A stretch of DNA of 64,000 nucleotides from an uncultured Planctomycetota bacterium (GTDB lineage: Bacteria > Planctomycetota > PLA2 > JAEUHO01), in NCBI GenBank assembly GCA_963752285.1, contig CAVVXN010000003.1, positions 256,001 through 320,000 on the forward strand, in the 5' to 3' direction. A program made the translations under genes and the position numbers. Below the pieces are notes generated by a model, which was given only the letters and a program-made list of their open reading frames with translations, was not told the origin of the DNA and did not search any database. Below are positions 1 through 9,057 of the stretch, one piece after another (positions within the stretch are counted from its first letter, which is position 1; each line of letters starts with the position of its first letter).

Positions 1-40
1 TCGAGTCGACGCTCTCTACGCGGAGTCCTCGTTCGTACAT
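1..40 (-). CDS. Possible 5' end of a gene running off the window (MYERGLRVESVDS...)
   Basis: ATG at 40 on the minus strand, open to the window edge, divergent from the gene at 85/139. Only 13 codons are visible. Confidence 0.25.
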   Translation of the reverse strand, partial: MYERGLRVESVDS

Positions 41-84
41 GAAGGTGCCCCACGCTACGCTCAAGTCGGGACCTTGGGTCTTCG

Positions 85-1329
85 ATGAGGACCCGGGCCC
101 CAGGCAAATTGCGTGGGTCCCCCCGGGGCCGATCTCGCGTGACGCCTCTATCGCCGACCGTCGGGATCCGGACCGTCGTCGCCGCCGCCCCCCAGGGGCT
201 GGCGGTCCACGCCCGGGCGTGGGACCGGCTCGCCGCCTCCCTGGCCCCGGTCCAGCCCATGACGGCCCACGCCTGGCAGGCGACCTGGTTCGAGGAGCAC
301 GCCCGGGAGGGCGGGCGGGGACTCGTCTTCCTCGCCTACGCGGGCGACCGTCTCCTCGGCGTGCTCCCGGCCTCGATCGAGGGGCACGCCGGCCGGCCGA
401 CGGTCCTCGTGCCCTGCGCCTACAACACGGCCGCGGGCGACCTGGCCCTCGACCCGGAGCGGTCGGCCGAGACGCTTCGCTCGCTCCTTCGCGCGGTCCG
501 CGTCGCGGTGCCGGGCGTCACCGCCGTGGACATCGGATCGGTGCGGGACGACTCCCCGACCCTGGCGGCGCTCGGCCGCGGCGTCCCCGGCTGGTGGCGC
601 TTCCAGCAGGTGGACGTCGAGGGCGCGAGCGTGCCGATCGAGGGCGCGTTCTCGGACTGGTGCGCCCGGTGGAGCCCCAGTCTCAGGCGCGACGTGAAGA
701 GCGCGGACAACCGCATCCGCCGGGAGCAGAAGGACCTCGTCGTTCGCGTCCTCGAGGGCGCCGACGCCCGCGCCGACACGCTCGAGGACCTCGTCCGGCT
801 CGAGGCCTCGGGCTGGAAGGGGAAGGAGGGCTCGGCCATCGCGTCGCGCGAGCAGAGCCTGCGGAAGTACCGCTCGCTCGCGCAGCGCTTCGCGGGTCGC
901 GGGTGGCTGGAGTGGCATCTGCTCTCGCTCAGCGGACGGCTCGTGGCGGCGCGCATGGCCGTCCGTCTCCAGCACGGCCTGATGTTGCTTCGTTCGGCCT
1001 ACGACGAGAGCTTCTCCAAGTACCACGTGGGCCACCTCTCGTTCCGCGCCCTGGTCGAGCGCGAGTTCGCGCGCGGCCGCGGGGGCGAGGTGAACCTCGT
1101 CACGACGTGGCCGTGGGTGACGCGATGGGGGATGCGCCTTCGGCCGTACACGCGGGCCCGTCTCGTACGACTCCGCCCGGCCGCGATCGTCCGTGCGGGG
1201 CTCCCCGAGATGGCCCGGAGCGTCGGCCGCCGGGTGCCGTGGGTGCGCCGCTACGGCCAGCGTCACCGGGCGGAAGGGGGAAACGGGGTCGTGGCGGGTA
1301 GAACGGAGGGGACGGAGGGCCCCTCATGA
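85..1329 (+). CDS. GNAT family acyltransferase (CelD/BcsL-like, Acetyltransf_6)
   Basis: Motifs 'AWDRLAA...HAWQATW', 'LEASGWKG', 'LSGRLVAA', 'SAYDESFSKYHVGHL' are typical of this family. Alternative GTG start at 139. Confidence 0.8.
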   Translation: MRTRAPGKLRGSPRGRSRVTPLSPTVGIRTVVAAAPQGLAVHARAWDRLAASLAPVQPMTAHAWQATWFEEHAREGGRGLVFLAYAGDRLLGVLPASIEGHAGRPTVLVPCAYNTAAGDLALDPERSAETLRSLLRAVRVAVPGVTAVDIGSVRDDSPTLAALGRGVPGWWRFQQVDVEGASVPIEGAFSDWCARWSPSLRRDVKSADNRIRREQKDLVVRVLEGADARADTLEDLVRLEASGWKGKEGSAIASREQSLRKYRSLAQRFAGRGWLEWHLLSLSGRLVAARMAVRLQHGLMLLRSAYDESFSKYHVGHLSFRALVEREFARGRGGEVNLVTTWPWVTRWGMRLRPYTRARLVRLRPAAIVRAGLPEMARSVGRRVPWVRRYGQRHRAEGGNGVVAGRTEGTEGPS

Positions 1330-2054
1330 GACCGGAGCGACTCGCGGCGGCCACGTGCCTCGTCCTGCTCGCGGCGTGCCGCGACCTCCCCCCGCCGCGG
1401 ACCGCGCCCGCGTCCGGTCCGAGCGGGCCGGCGGTCACCTCCGTGGCGCAGGCGCCTCGGCCCTTCGTGTTCCGGTTCGCGGTCGGCGACGAGGTCGGCG
1501 TGGACGTCTGGCAGGAAAAGGACCTCTCGACCGTCCAGCGGATCCTCCCCGACGGCACGATCTCGCCCCCGCTCCTCGGCACCGTGCCCGTCGCGGGCAT
1601 GACGATCGACGACGCCCGGGCCGTGCTCCAGAGGCGGTACCTCGAGTACCTGAAGGACCCGAAGGTCTCGGTGCACGTCACGAACATCTACTCCGACCGC
1701 GTCTTCGTGCTGGGCGAGGTGAACCGCTCGCAGGCCGTGGAGCTCCGCGGCCCGATCACGCTGCTCCAGGCGGTCGCGCAGGCGGACGGGTTCCGCGAGG
1801 AGTTCGCGGACAAGTCGCTCGTGCGCCTGATCCGGGCCGGGCCCGACGGGCAGCCCGTCGTCACCGTCGTGGACGCGAAGTCGATCCTCTCGGGGTACCG
1901 TGCGGACGTCCCCCTCCGGCGCGGCGACGTCGTGTACGTGCCCGCCACGGGCGTGGCGAGCTGGTCGCGCGAGGTGGGGCTCGCCCTCGCGCCGCTCTCC
2001 GTCGCGCTGGGCGCCGCCGGCTCGACGGCGTCGATCGTCTCGCTCAAGAAGTGA
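1326..2054 (+). CDS. Polysaccharide export outer-membrane lipoprotein (Wza-like; Poly_export + SLBB)
   Basis: Lipobox LAAC; 'GDEVGVDVWQ...ILPDGTISPPLLGTVPVAG', 'VFVLGEV', 'LRRGDVVYVP'; ATGA overlap with the upstream gene. Confidence 0.9.
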   Translation: MRPERLAAATCLVLLAACRDLPPPRTAPASGPSGPAVTSVAQAPRPFVFRFAVGDEVGVDVWQEKDLSTVQRILPDGTISPPLLGTVPVAGMTIDDARAVLQRRYLEYLKDPKVSVHVTNIYSDRVFVLGEVNRSQAVELRGPITLLQAVAQADGFREEFADKSLVRLIRAGPDGQPVVTVVDAKSILSGYRADVPLRRGDVVYVPATGVASWSREVGLALAPLSVALGAAGSTASIVSLKK

Positions 2055-2211
2055 CGTCAGGGAGGCATCGAACCCACGCGGCGCGCCGCCCTCCGGGAGC
2101 GACGGTCGCTCGGGCCCCGATCGCCCCGTCCGCCGGGACGACCGCGTCGAGCCGATCGCGGGCGCGTGGCCGCGCGAACCGGTCCGACGCGGCCCGCCCG
2201 CCGGGGCGCGC

Positions 2212-4440
2212 TCACCCGTCCGCCGCCGGGGGGCTCGAGAGGTCCTTCGCGAGGCGGGGGACGCCCCGGGCCAGCGCGGTCAGGCGGCCCGAGAGGGTCG
2301 GGCGGCGAAGCGTCACGTCGAAGAGACGGCGCGCGCCGCTCGCCCAGCGGCGCTTGTAGGGCTCCGCGCCGTCGAGGAAGTCGTACTCGTCGAGTCCCCC
2401 GCCGAACACGTCTTCCTCGAGGACGAGCGCCTGGAGCACGAGCCCCGGGCTCTCGAACGGGGCGTCCTCGTCGAAGCCGCTCTGGAACGCGTGCATGACG
2501 CCGGCGTGCACGAACGCGTACTCGCCCGCGACGTCCCGTCCCTCGGCCTCGAGGAACGTCGCCTGGAGGCGGCCGCGCGTCGCGAGGCGGCGCGCGAGCG
2601 CGCGGTGGAAGTCGGCCACGCCGGGGTGGAGGAGCGCCGAGCGCTCCCGCCGGCGTCGGAAGCGCGTCTCGTGGAGCGCGAAGATCCGGTCCACCGCGCG
2701 CGCGGCCTGTGCGGGGTCCGTCACGCGCGTCACGGCGGCGCCGGGCACGTCGCGGAAGCGGCGCGGGTACCGGCGGACGTTTCGGCGCGTCGCCTTGGAG
2801 AGCGAACGCTCTACCCACGACGAGAAGCTCCCTTCCGCCGCTAGGTAGGGGCAGGTCGTGGACGTCCGCTCCTCGAAGGGCAGCGCCCAGCGCCGCGCGC
2901 GGACCCGCTGACGGAGGGCGCCGTCCTCGGCGAGGTGGCGCAGCTCGACGCGTCGCCACGGCCGGCGGAGCAGCGCGTCGAGGAACACGTCCGTGACGGC
3001 GTGCGCGTCGTCGGGCGCGGCGACGACGTCGAGGTGGTCCGCGCCGTGTCCCGCGCCCGCCAGGGCGAGGACGCCACGCCGGCGCACGAGCGGGAGGACG
3101 CCCGCGAGCGTCCCGTCCGGCCGTCGTGCGAGGAGGACGTGCGGCGCGCGGTCCCGACCCAGCGTCTCGAGCCACGCCAGGACCCAGTCGGGACCCGCGA
3201 AGAGGCGGTGCGGCCCGACGAGGGCGTCCCACGCGTCCGCGAGGGCCTCGACGCCCGGCCGGTCCTCCACCGTGTCCACGGTCCACGCCGGGCCCGGCGC
3301 GCCCCGCCGGCCCCCGACGGCGTCCTCCCAGACCGCGCGGGTGCCCGCGACCATCCGGTCGACCGTGAAGCGCGCCTCGAAGCGCCGCCGCCCCGCCGTG
3401 CCGAGACGCGTGCGGAGGTCCGCGTCGCCGAGGAGCCGGCCGACGCGCTCCGCGAGCGCGCCGACGTCGCCGACCTCGACGAGGTAGCCCGTCTCGCCCT
3501 CCTCCACGAGCTCCGGCGTCCCGCCGACGGCCGTCGCCACGACGGGCAGGCCCGCCGCCATGTACTCGAGCACCGCGTTCGAGAGCCCCTCCGTCTCGGA
3601 GCAGAGGACGCCCACGTCGAGCGCCGCGAGCCACGGGAGGACGTCGCCGCCCGGCGCGACCGCGTGCGCGCGACCCGTGAGCCCGCGACGCTCGACGCGC
3701 GCGCGGAGGGGCTCGGCGCCGGGGAGGTCCTCGCCGATCAGGAGGGCGTGGACCGCGCGCCGCGCGTTCGCGACGCGGGCGAACGCGTCGAGGAAGTCGT
3801 CGTGGCGCTTCAAGGGGCGCACGTTCGCGAGGAGGCCCACGAGGAGGGCGTCGGCGGGGATCCCGAGGCGCGCCCGGGCCTCCCCGGAGCGTCCGCCGAA
3901 ACGCGCGGGGTCGTGGCCGTTCGGGACCACGTTCACGAGCGCCGGGGGCACGTGCTCGGAACGGACCGTGTGCGCGGCCACCGCGTCGCAGTTCGCGACG
4001 AGGGCGGCCGCGAGGCGGTCGGTCCGCCGCAGGATCACGAGGCCACGCGTCGTCTGCCAGAAGCCCAGGTCCCGCCGGGACACCACGCACGGCACGCCCG
4101 CCAGGCGCGCGACGACCGGTCCGACGACGGAGGCGTCGTTCATGAACGTGTGGACGAGGTCGAAGCCGCCGCGTCGGACGCGCCGCGCGAGCGCCACGAG
4201 CCGCACGAGCCCTCGCGGGGTCGCGAGCCGCGGGAGGCCCGCGTCGCGCACCCGAACCGGGAAGGCGTTCGTCCGAAGCCACCGGCTCCCCTGGAGCACC
4301 CAGAGCTCGGCCTCGACCCCCGGCGGCAGGTTCGCGAGGAGGGCGCGGACCTGCCCTTCGGTGCCGCCGAACGGGTCGAGGTACGCGTCCACGAGGACGA
4401 GCACGCGGCGCGGTCCTCGGGGCGCGGGCGGGTCGGTCAC
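2212..4440 (-). CDS. GT4 glycosyltransferase fused to a C-terminal CelD/BcsL-like GNAT domain (742 aa)
   Basis: GTG start at 4440 overlaps the upstream TGA (GTGA). N-half has 'GGTEGQ' and 'SETEGLSNAVLEYMAAGLPVVATAVGG'; C-half has 'AWDAL...PDWVLAW', 'FQSGFD...SPGLVL' and 'YDFLDGAEPYKRRW'. Confidence 0.85.
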   Translation of the reverse strand: MTDPPAPRGPRRVLVLVDAYLDPFGGTEGQVRALLANLPPGVEAELWVLQGSRWLRTNAFPVRVRDAGLPRLATPRGLVRLVALARRVRRGGFDLVHTFMNDASVVGPVVARLAGVPCVVSRRDLGFWQTTRGLVILRRTDRLAAALVANCDAVAAHTVRSEHVPPALVNVVPNGHDPARFGGRSGEARARLGIPADALLVGLLANVRPLKRHDDFLDAFARVANARRAVHALLIGEDLPGAEPLRARVERRGLTGRAHAVAPGGDVLPWLAALDVGVLCSETEGLSNAVLEYMAAGLPVVATAVGGTPELVEEGETGYLVEVGDVGALAERVGRLLGDADLRTRLGTAGRRRFEARFTVDRMVAGTRAVWEDAVGGRRGAPGPAWTVDTVEDRPGVEALADAWDALVGPHRLFAGPDWVLAWLETLGRDRAPHVLLARRPDGTLAGVLPLVRRRGVLALAGAGHGADHLDVVAAPDDAHAVTDVFLDALLRRPWRRVELRHLAEDGALRQRVRARRWALPFEERTSTTCPYLAAEGSFSSWVERSLSKATRRNVRRYPRRFRDVPGAAVTRVTDPAQAARAVDRIFALHETRFRRRRERSALLHPGVADFHRALARRLATRGRLQATFLEAEGRDVAGEYAFVHAGVMHAFQSGFDEDAPFESPGLVLQALVLEEDVFGGGLDEYDFLDGAEPYKRRWASGARRLFDVTLRRPTLSGRLTALARGVPRLAKDLSSPPAADG

Positions 4441-5753
4441 GACGACCCCGCGCGCCAGGGCACCTCGGAGATCGTGAAGCGGCGCTTGCCCGCGGCCGTC
4501 GGCTCGATCGCGTCGCGGCGCTCCCACGTGACGGCGACCGTCGGACCGAACCGCGCGCGGATCTGCTCGATCACGCCCGCGAGGTCCTCGGCCGTGGCGG
4601 GCCCGACGGTGCGCACCACGATCTCGTCCCGCGCGGGCTGGACCACCTGGAACCGACGGACGTCGTCCCGCCCGTAGAAGAGGTGCGTGAACCACTCGCC
4701 GTGGACGCGCTCGCCGCCGGGCGTCGTCAGGAAATCGCTCGTGCGGCCCCAGACGCGTTCGATCCTCGGCCACGGGCACCCGCAGGGACACGGCCCCGGC
4801 GGACCCCACGCCCCGACGTCGCCGATCTCGTACCGGAGCAGGCCGAACGCGTGGTTCCTCAAGTCGGTCACGAGGATGCGCCCGCGCTCGCCGGGCGCGG
4901 TCGCGCGTCCCTGGTCGTCCACGATCTCGAGGTGTCGGAGCGCCGCCTGGACGTGGAGGCTGCCCGCGGGGCACTCCGCCGCGAGGCTCGCGCTCTCGCG
5001 GCTCCCGTAGAAGTCGGCGACCGGCGCGTCGAACGCCCGTTCGATGCGCGCGCGGACGTCGGGCGCGAGCGCCTCCGCCGAGGAGCGGACGAGCTGGGGC
5101 CGGAGCGGCCGGTCGGGTCGGTTCGCGAGCCACCACGACGCGAGCAGGTCGAGGGCCGAGGCGTAGCCCTGGAGGAGGACGGGACGAAACCGCTCCAGGT
5201 CGTCCGCGATTCGCGAAAGCTCCTTCTCGTCCATCGCAAACGCGTTCACGACGCGTCGCCGAAGGAGGCGGAGCCAGGTCCGCTCGCGGGTCGAGAGGGT
5301 CGCGAGGTCGCGGTCGGAGCCCCAGACGAACGCCGCGCGGCACCACGGCTCGAGCTCCCAGGTCTCGATCCACCAGGCCTCGAGCGCGTGGTCCCAGGAC
5401 CGGTAGGCCTGGTCCTGGTACACGACGACGGGCTCGCCCGTGGACCCGCCGCTCGCCTGGCGCGCGAACGCCGACTCGGGACGCGTGGGGTCGCGCAGGC
5501 GCTCGCGGTGCGTCTGGAGGTCGGCGCGCGTGAGCGGCTCGAGGTCCTGGAGACGGTCGGTGGGCCGAAGGCGCCGGCCAAACCACGGGATCGTGGACCG
5601 CGCCCACGCCACGTGGCGGCGCACGGCCTCCTCCGACCAGGCCCAAAACGCGTCGGGGGAGAGACGCGCGACGCGTCGGATCTCGGCGCGGTGCCGCGTC
5701 CAGCCCGGGTAACGGCGCCGCGAGAGCGCGGTGTAGACGAGTCGGGGGATCAG
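4437..5753 (-). CDS. Phenylacetate-CoA ligase family (PaaK/CapK-like) adenylate-forming protein
   Basis: Motifs 'SGGSTGEP', 'FYGSRE', 'ILVTDLRNHAFGLLRYEIGD', 'GRTSD', 'AGKRRF'. Start placed at CTG 5753 with GGAGG 6 nt upstream; the exact start is uncertain. Confidence 0.85.
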   Translation of the reverse strand: MIPRLVYTALSRRRYPGWTRHRAEIRRVARLSPDAFWAWSEEAVRRHVAWARSTIPWFGRRLRPTDRLQDLEPLTRADLQTHRERLRDPTRPESAFARQASGGSTGEPVVVYQDQAYRSWDHALEAWWIETWELEPWCRAAFVWGSDRDLATLSTRERTWLRLLRRRVVNAFAMDEKELSRIADDLERFRPVLLQGYASALDLLASWWLANRPDRPLRPQLVRSSAEALAPDVRARIERAFDAPVADFYGSRESASLAAECPAGSLHVQAALRHLEIVDDQGRATAPGERGRILVTDLRNHAFGLLRYEIGDVGAWGPPGPCPCGCPWPRIERVWGRTSDFLTTPGGERVHGEWFTHLFYGRDDVRRFQVVQPARDEIVVRTVGPATAEDLAGVIEQIRARFGPTVAVTWERRDAIEPTAAGKRRFTISEVPWRAGSS

Positions 5754-5859
5754 GGCCGGCCTCCGGCAGGGTGGGGTGGCCAGGTCGCCGCCCGGCTCCC
5801 GATCGTCCCTCCCTTTCGTCCTTCGGCCCACGGAGGAAGAGCCCTCAGTCCCTTCGCCC

Positions 5860-6453
5860 GGGCGGGTCCCGGAGGAGAAGGGCCCGGACCCGGCCCTACC
5901 GGATCTCGCTTCGGTCCGGAGCCGGTCGCGGGCCGGTAGGAGAGGGGCGTCGAGGTGGACGCGCACCTTCGCTCGACGTCGAACGACGCCGTGTACGCCG
6001 CCAGCGACGCGGCCGCGAGCCCCGGTCGGCGCCCGACGCCGGTCGCCTCCCTCGAGGCGCGGTTCGTGGCCCACGACCTCCTCCACGAGGACGACCGCGT
6101 CTCGCCCGACTACGGCCGGCACCGCCACCGTCGTGTACACGATCCCGCCCCTCGCCGCGGGCGGCCTCTCGGAGGAGGAGGCGCGCCGGCGTGGCCTCCG
6201 GACCCGGGTGGAGTACGGGAGGACGCCCGCGTGCTACGCCGTGCGCCAGGTCGCGGAGCCGCACGCCGGCTACGAGGTCCTCCTCGAGGCGGGGACCGAC
6301 CGCGTCCTCGGCGCGCACTGGATCGGCGCCCACGCCGACGAGGCGATCGACGTCTCTGCGCTCGCGATCCGGGCGGGCCTCGGCGCGCAGGCGCTCGGCG
6401 GGGTCCCCTGGGCCGATCCGACGCAGCCGTCCGACCTCGGGTCGATGCTCTGA
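5860..6453 (+). pseudogene. Frameshifted C-terminal remnant of a pyridine nucleotide-disulfide oxidoreductase (glutathione/mercuric reductase-like)
   Basis: 'GRVP' in one frame, 'GVEVDAHLRSTSNDAVYAASDAA...TPVASLEA...PDY' in a second frame, then 'TVVYTIPPLAAGGLSEEEA...DRVLGAHWIG...PTQPSDLGSML' back in the first. The N-terminal FAD-binding/CxxxxC region is absent. Confidence 0.75.
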
Positions 6454-6616
6454 CCCCCGGCCCGGGTCCGCCGCCGACGGCCGCGCCCGTGGCCCACGCC
6501 CGTGGCCTCCGGCGAGGGGCCCCGGCCCCGTCCCGGCGCCGAGGTTCGCTTCGCCTCCGTCCCCCGGCCGATAGAAGGGAGTGGCCGGAAGGTCCGAGCC
6601 GGCGAGCCTTCCCGGA

Positions 6617-7693
6617 ATGATGCCGAACTCCCCGTCCGCCGCCTCCAGAGACGCCGCCGCCCCCTGGGTCACGGTCGTCCTGCCGGTCCGGAACGAGGCC
6701 GCGTCGATCGCGGGCGTGCTGGAGGACCTCCGGGACCAGGACCTCCCGCGGGGCGCGGTCGAGATCCTGGTCGTGGACGGCCGTTCGTCGGACGGCACGC
6801 GCGAGGTCGTGTCGGACCTCGCCCGGCGGGACCCGGGACTGCGCCTCCTCGACAACCCCGACCGCCGGTCGTCGGCCGCGCGGGCCCTGGGCGCGAACGC
6901 GGCGCGCGGTCGCTACGTCGCGTACGTGGACGGGCACTGTCGCATCCCGAGCCGGACGATGCTCCGGGACATGGTGGACCTCTTCCAGTCGTCCGGCGCC
7001 GCGTGTCTCGCGCGCCCCCAGCCGCTCTTGCCGACGGGCGGCGGTCGCGTCGCGCGCGCGATCTCGGCCGCGCGGACCCATCCCTTCGGACACAGCCTCT
7101 CGTCGGAGATCTACGGCGACCGCGAGGGGACGGTCTCCCCCCAGAGCAGCGGCGCGATGTACCGGCGCGAGGTGCTGCTCCGGGTCGGCAACTTCGACCC
7201 CCGCTTCGACGCGTGCGAGGACGTGGAGCTCAACTACCGGGTCGAGAAGGCGGGCCTCAAGTGCGTCACGAGCCCGCGTCTCGCCGTGACGTACGAGCCC
7301 CGCGCCACGTTCCGCGGGCTGCTCCGACAGATGTTCCGCTACGGGCTCGGCCGGGCGCGGCTGCACAGGAAGCACCCCGAGGCCTTCACGTGGGAGTGCC
7401 TCGTCCCGACGGCGTTCGTCCTGGGCCTCGTCGTCCTCCTCGTCGCGCCGTTCCTGCCCGCGCCGCTCCGGCTCGTCCTCGCCGCCCCCTACGCCCTCTA
7501 TGCGGTCCTGGACCTCGCGTTCGCCGTGCGCGCGACCCGGGGACGTGGCCTCTCGCTCGTGCCCCTCGTCCTGCTCGCCTTCCCCCTGATCCACGTCGGG
7601 CTCGGCGCGGGGTACCTGTGGGGACGGCTCGCCCCCCGGCCCGCCGCGACCGCCGCGACCGCGGCCGGCGCGGAGCGCGGAGACGGAGCGTGA
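6617..7693 (+). CDS. GT2 glycosyltransferase (ExoA-like) with C-terminal membrane helices
   Basis: 'VTVVLPVRNE', 'EILVVDGRSSDGT', 'YVDGH', 'EDVELNYR', 'QMFRYG'; hydrophobic C-terminus. Confidence 0.9.
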   Translation: MMPNSPSAASRDAAAPWVTVVLPVRNEAASIAGVLEDLRDQDLPRGAVEILVVDGRSSDGTREVVSDLARRDPGLRLLDNPDRRSSAARALGANAARGRYVAYVDGHCRIPSRTMLRDMVDLFQSSGAACLARPQPLLPTGGGRVARAISAARTHPFGHSLSSEIYGDREGTVSPQSSGAMYRREVLLRVGNFDPRFDACEDVELNYRVEKAGLKCVTSPRLAVTYEPRATFRGLLRQMFRYGLGRARLHRKHPEAFTWECLVPTAFVLGLVVLLVAPFLPAPLRLVLAAPYALYAVLDLAFAVRATRGRGLSLVPLVLLAFPLIHVGLGAGYLWGRLAPRPAATAATAAGAERGDGA

Positions 7694-9057
7694 CCCTCCG
7701 CGTCGTGGACCCGTTCGCGAGCGTCGTCGCGCGCGTGTTCCAACCGCTCCACCTGCGCCGCGAGGGGGTCACGCGGCTCGCCTGGATCGGGAGCGTCGAG
7801 CGGCGTCTTTCCGCGCCGCGCTCCCTCCTCCCGCCGATGATCCTCGAGCGGGTCCGTTCCCACCTCGTGTACGCGCGGGAACGCTCGTCGTTCTACCGTC
7901 AGCGCTTCCGCGAGGCCGGCGTGGACGTGCGGAAGCTCGCGTCGCTCGGCGATCTCGCGGCGATCCCGCCGCTCGTCCGGGAGGACCTCGCGAACCACGC
8001 CGCCGACCTCCTCGCCCCGCGATTTCGCGGACGGCGGCTCGTGGAGGTCCGGACGGGGGGAACGACGTCCGCCCCGCTGCCCTTCGTGCAGGACTTCCCC
8101 GCGGCCCACCGGAAGGACGCGGCCGCCCTCGCGCTCCGTCGCCGGCTGGGCTGGGGCCGCGGCCTACGACAGGCGGCGCTCTGGGGCGCTGCCGAGGACC
8201 GTCCGCCGCCCGCGCGGGGGCGGCTGGGCCCCCTCAAGCGCGCCGTCCGCGGCCTCCTCGTGGACCGCCTCCTGTTCCTCGGCGCCTCGGACCTGACCGA
8301 CCTGCGCCTCGACGAGTACGCCGACCGCATCCGCCGGTTCCGGCCGCAGGCGATGCAGGCCTACCCCTCGGTCGTGGACCTCCTCGCGCGCCGGCTGCTC
8401 GCGACGGGGCGACGCCTCGAGGTGCCGCTCGTGCTCCTGACCGCGGAGCCCGTGCTGCCGGCGGTCCGCGCGCGCGTGGGCGACGCGCTCGGCGCGTGCG
8501 TGAAGAGCTTCTACGGCGCGCGGGAGGTCGGCTGGATCGCGGCGGAGACGACGCGGTGCCCCCGCCTCCACGTGAACACGGCCACCCTCTGGCTCGAGCA
8601 CGACGACGAGGGCCGCCTCCTCGTGACCGACCTCGAGAACCGCGCGATGCCGCTGATCCGCTACGCGGTGGGCGACCTCGGCCGCGTGGACCTCGACCCG
8701 TGCCCCTGCGGCGACCCGAGACCCGTGCTCGGTCGCCTCGAGGGGCGCGCCGGCGACATGCTCGTGCTGCCGTCGGGGGCGCGGGTCCCCGGCGTGATCC
8801 TCGACCAGCGCAACGTCGCGCTCCAGCGCGGGCTGCTCGAGGTGCAGCTGGTCCAGAGGGATCCCCGCAGGCTGGAGGTGCGCTACGTTCCCAGTCCGCA
8901 CTTCCACGACCAGACGCTCCCGGCGCTCTGCGAGCACCTGAACGGAATCTGCCGCGGCGAGCTCGTCCTCGACCTTCGTCGCGTGGACCGCGTCGAGCGG
9001 TCGGAGAACGGGAAGGTCCGCTACGTGATCTCGCGGGTCGCCGGGGCGGGGCGATGA
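7690..9057 (+). CDS. Second phenylacetate-CoA ligase family (PaaK/CapK-like) protein
   Basis: GTG start overlapping the upstream TGA; 'TGGTTSAP', 'FYGARE', 'LLVTDLENRAMPLIRYAVGD', 'EGRAGD', 'NGKVRY'. Confidence 0.85.
   Translation: MTLRVVDPFASVVARVFQPLHLRREGVTRLAWIGSVERRLSAPRSLLPPMILERVRSHLVYARERSSFYRQRFREAGVDVRKLASLGDLAAIPPLVREDLANHAADLLAPRFRGRRLVEVRTGGTTSAPLPFVQDFPAAHRKDAAALALRRRLGWGRGLRQAALWGAAEDRPPPARGRLGPLKRAVRGLLVDRLLFLGASDLTDLRLDEYADRIRRFRPQAMQAYPSVVDLLARRLLATGRRLEVPLVLLTAEPVLPAVRARVGDALGACVKSFYGAREVGWIAAETTRCPRLHVNTATLWLEHDDEGRLLVTDLENRAMPLIRYAVGDLGRVDLDPCPCGDPRPVLGRLEGRAGDMLVLPSGARVPGVILDQRNVALQRGLLEVQLVQRDPRRLEVRYVPSPHFHDQTLPALCEHLNGICRGELVLDLRRVDRVERSENGKVRYVISRVAGAGR

Noticed and set aside
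95..120. Sigma-54 promoter around GGCAAATTGC
   Set aside because: The GG-N10-GC spacing is not met on either strand.
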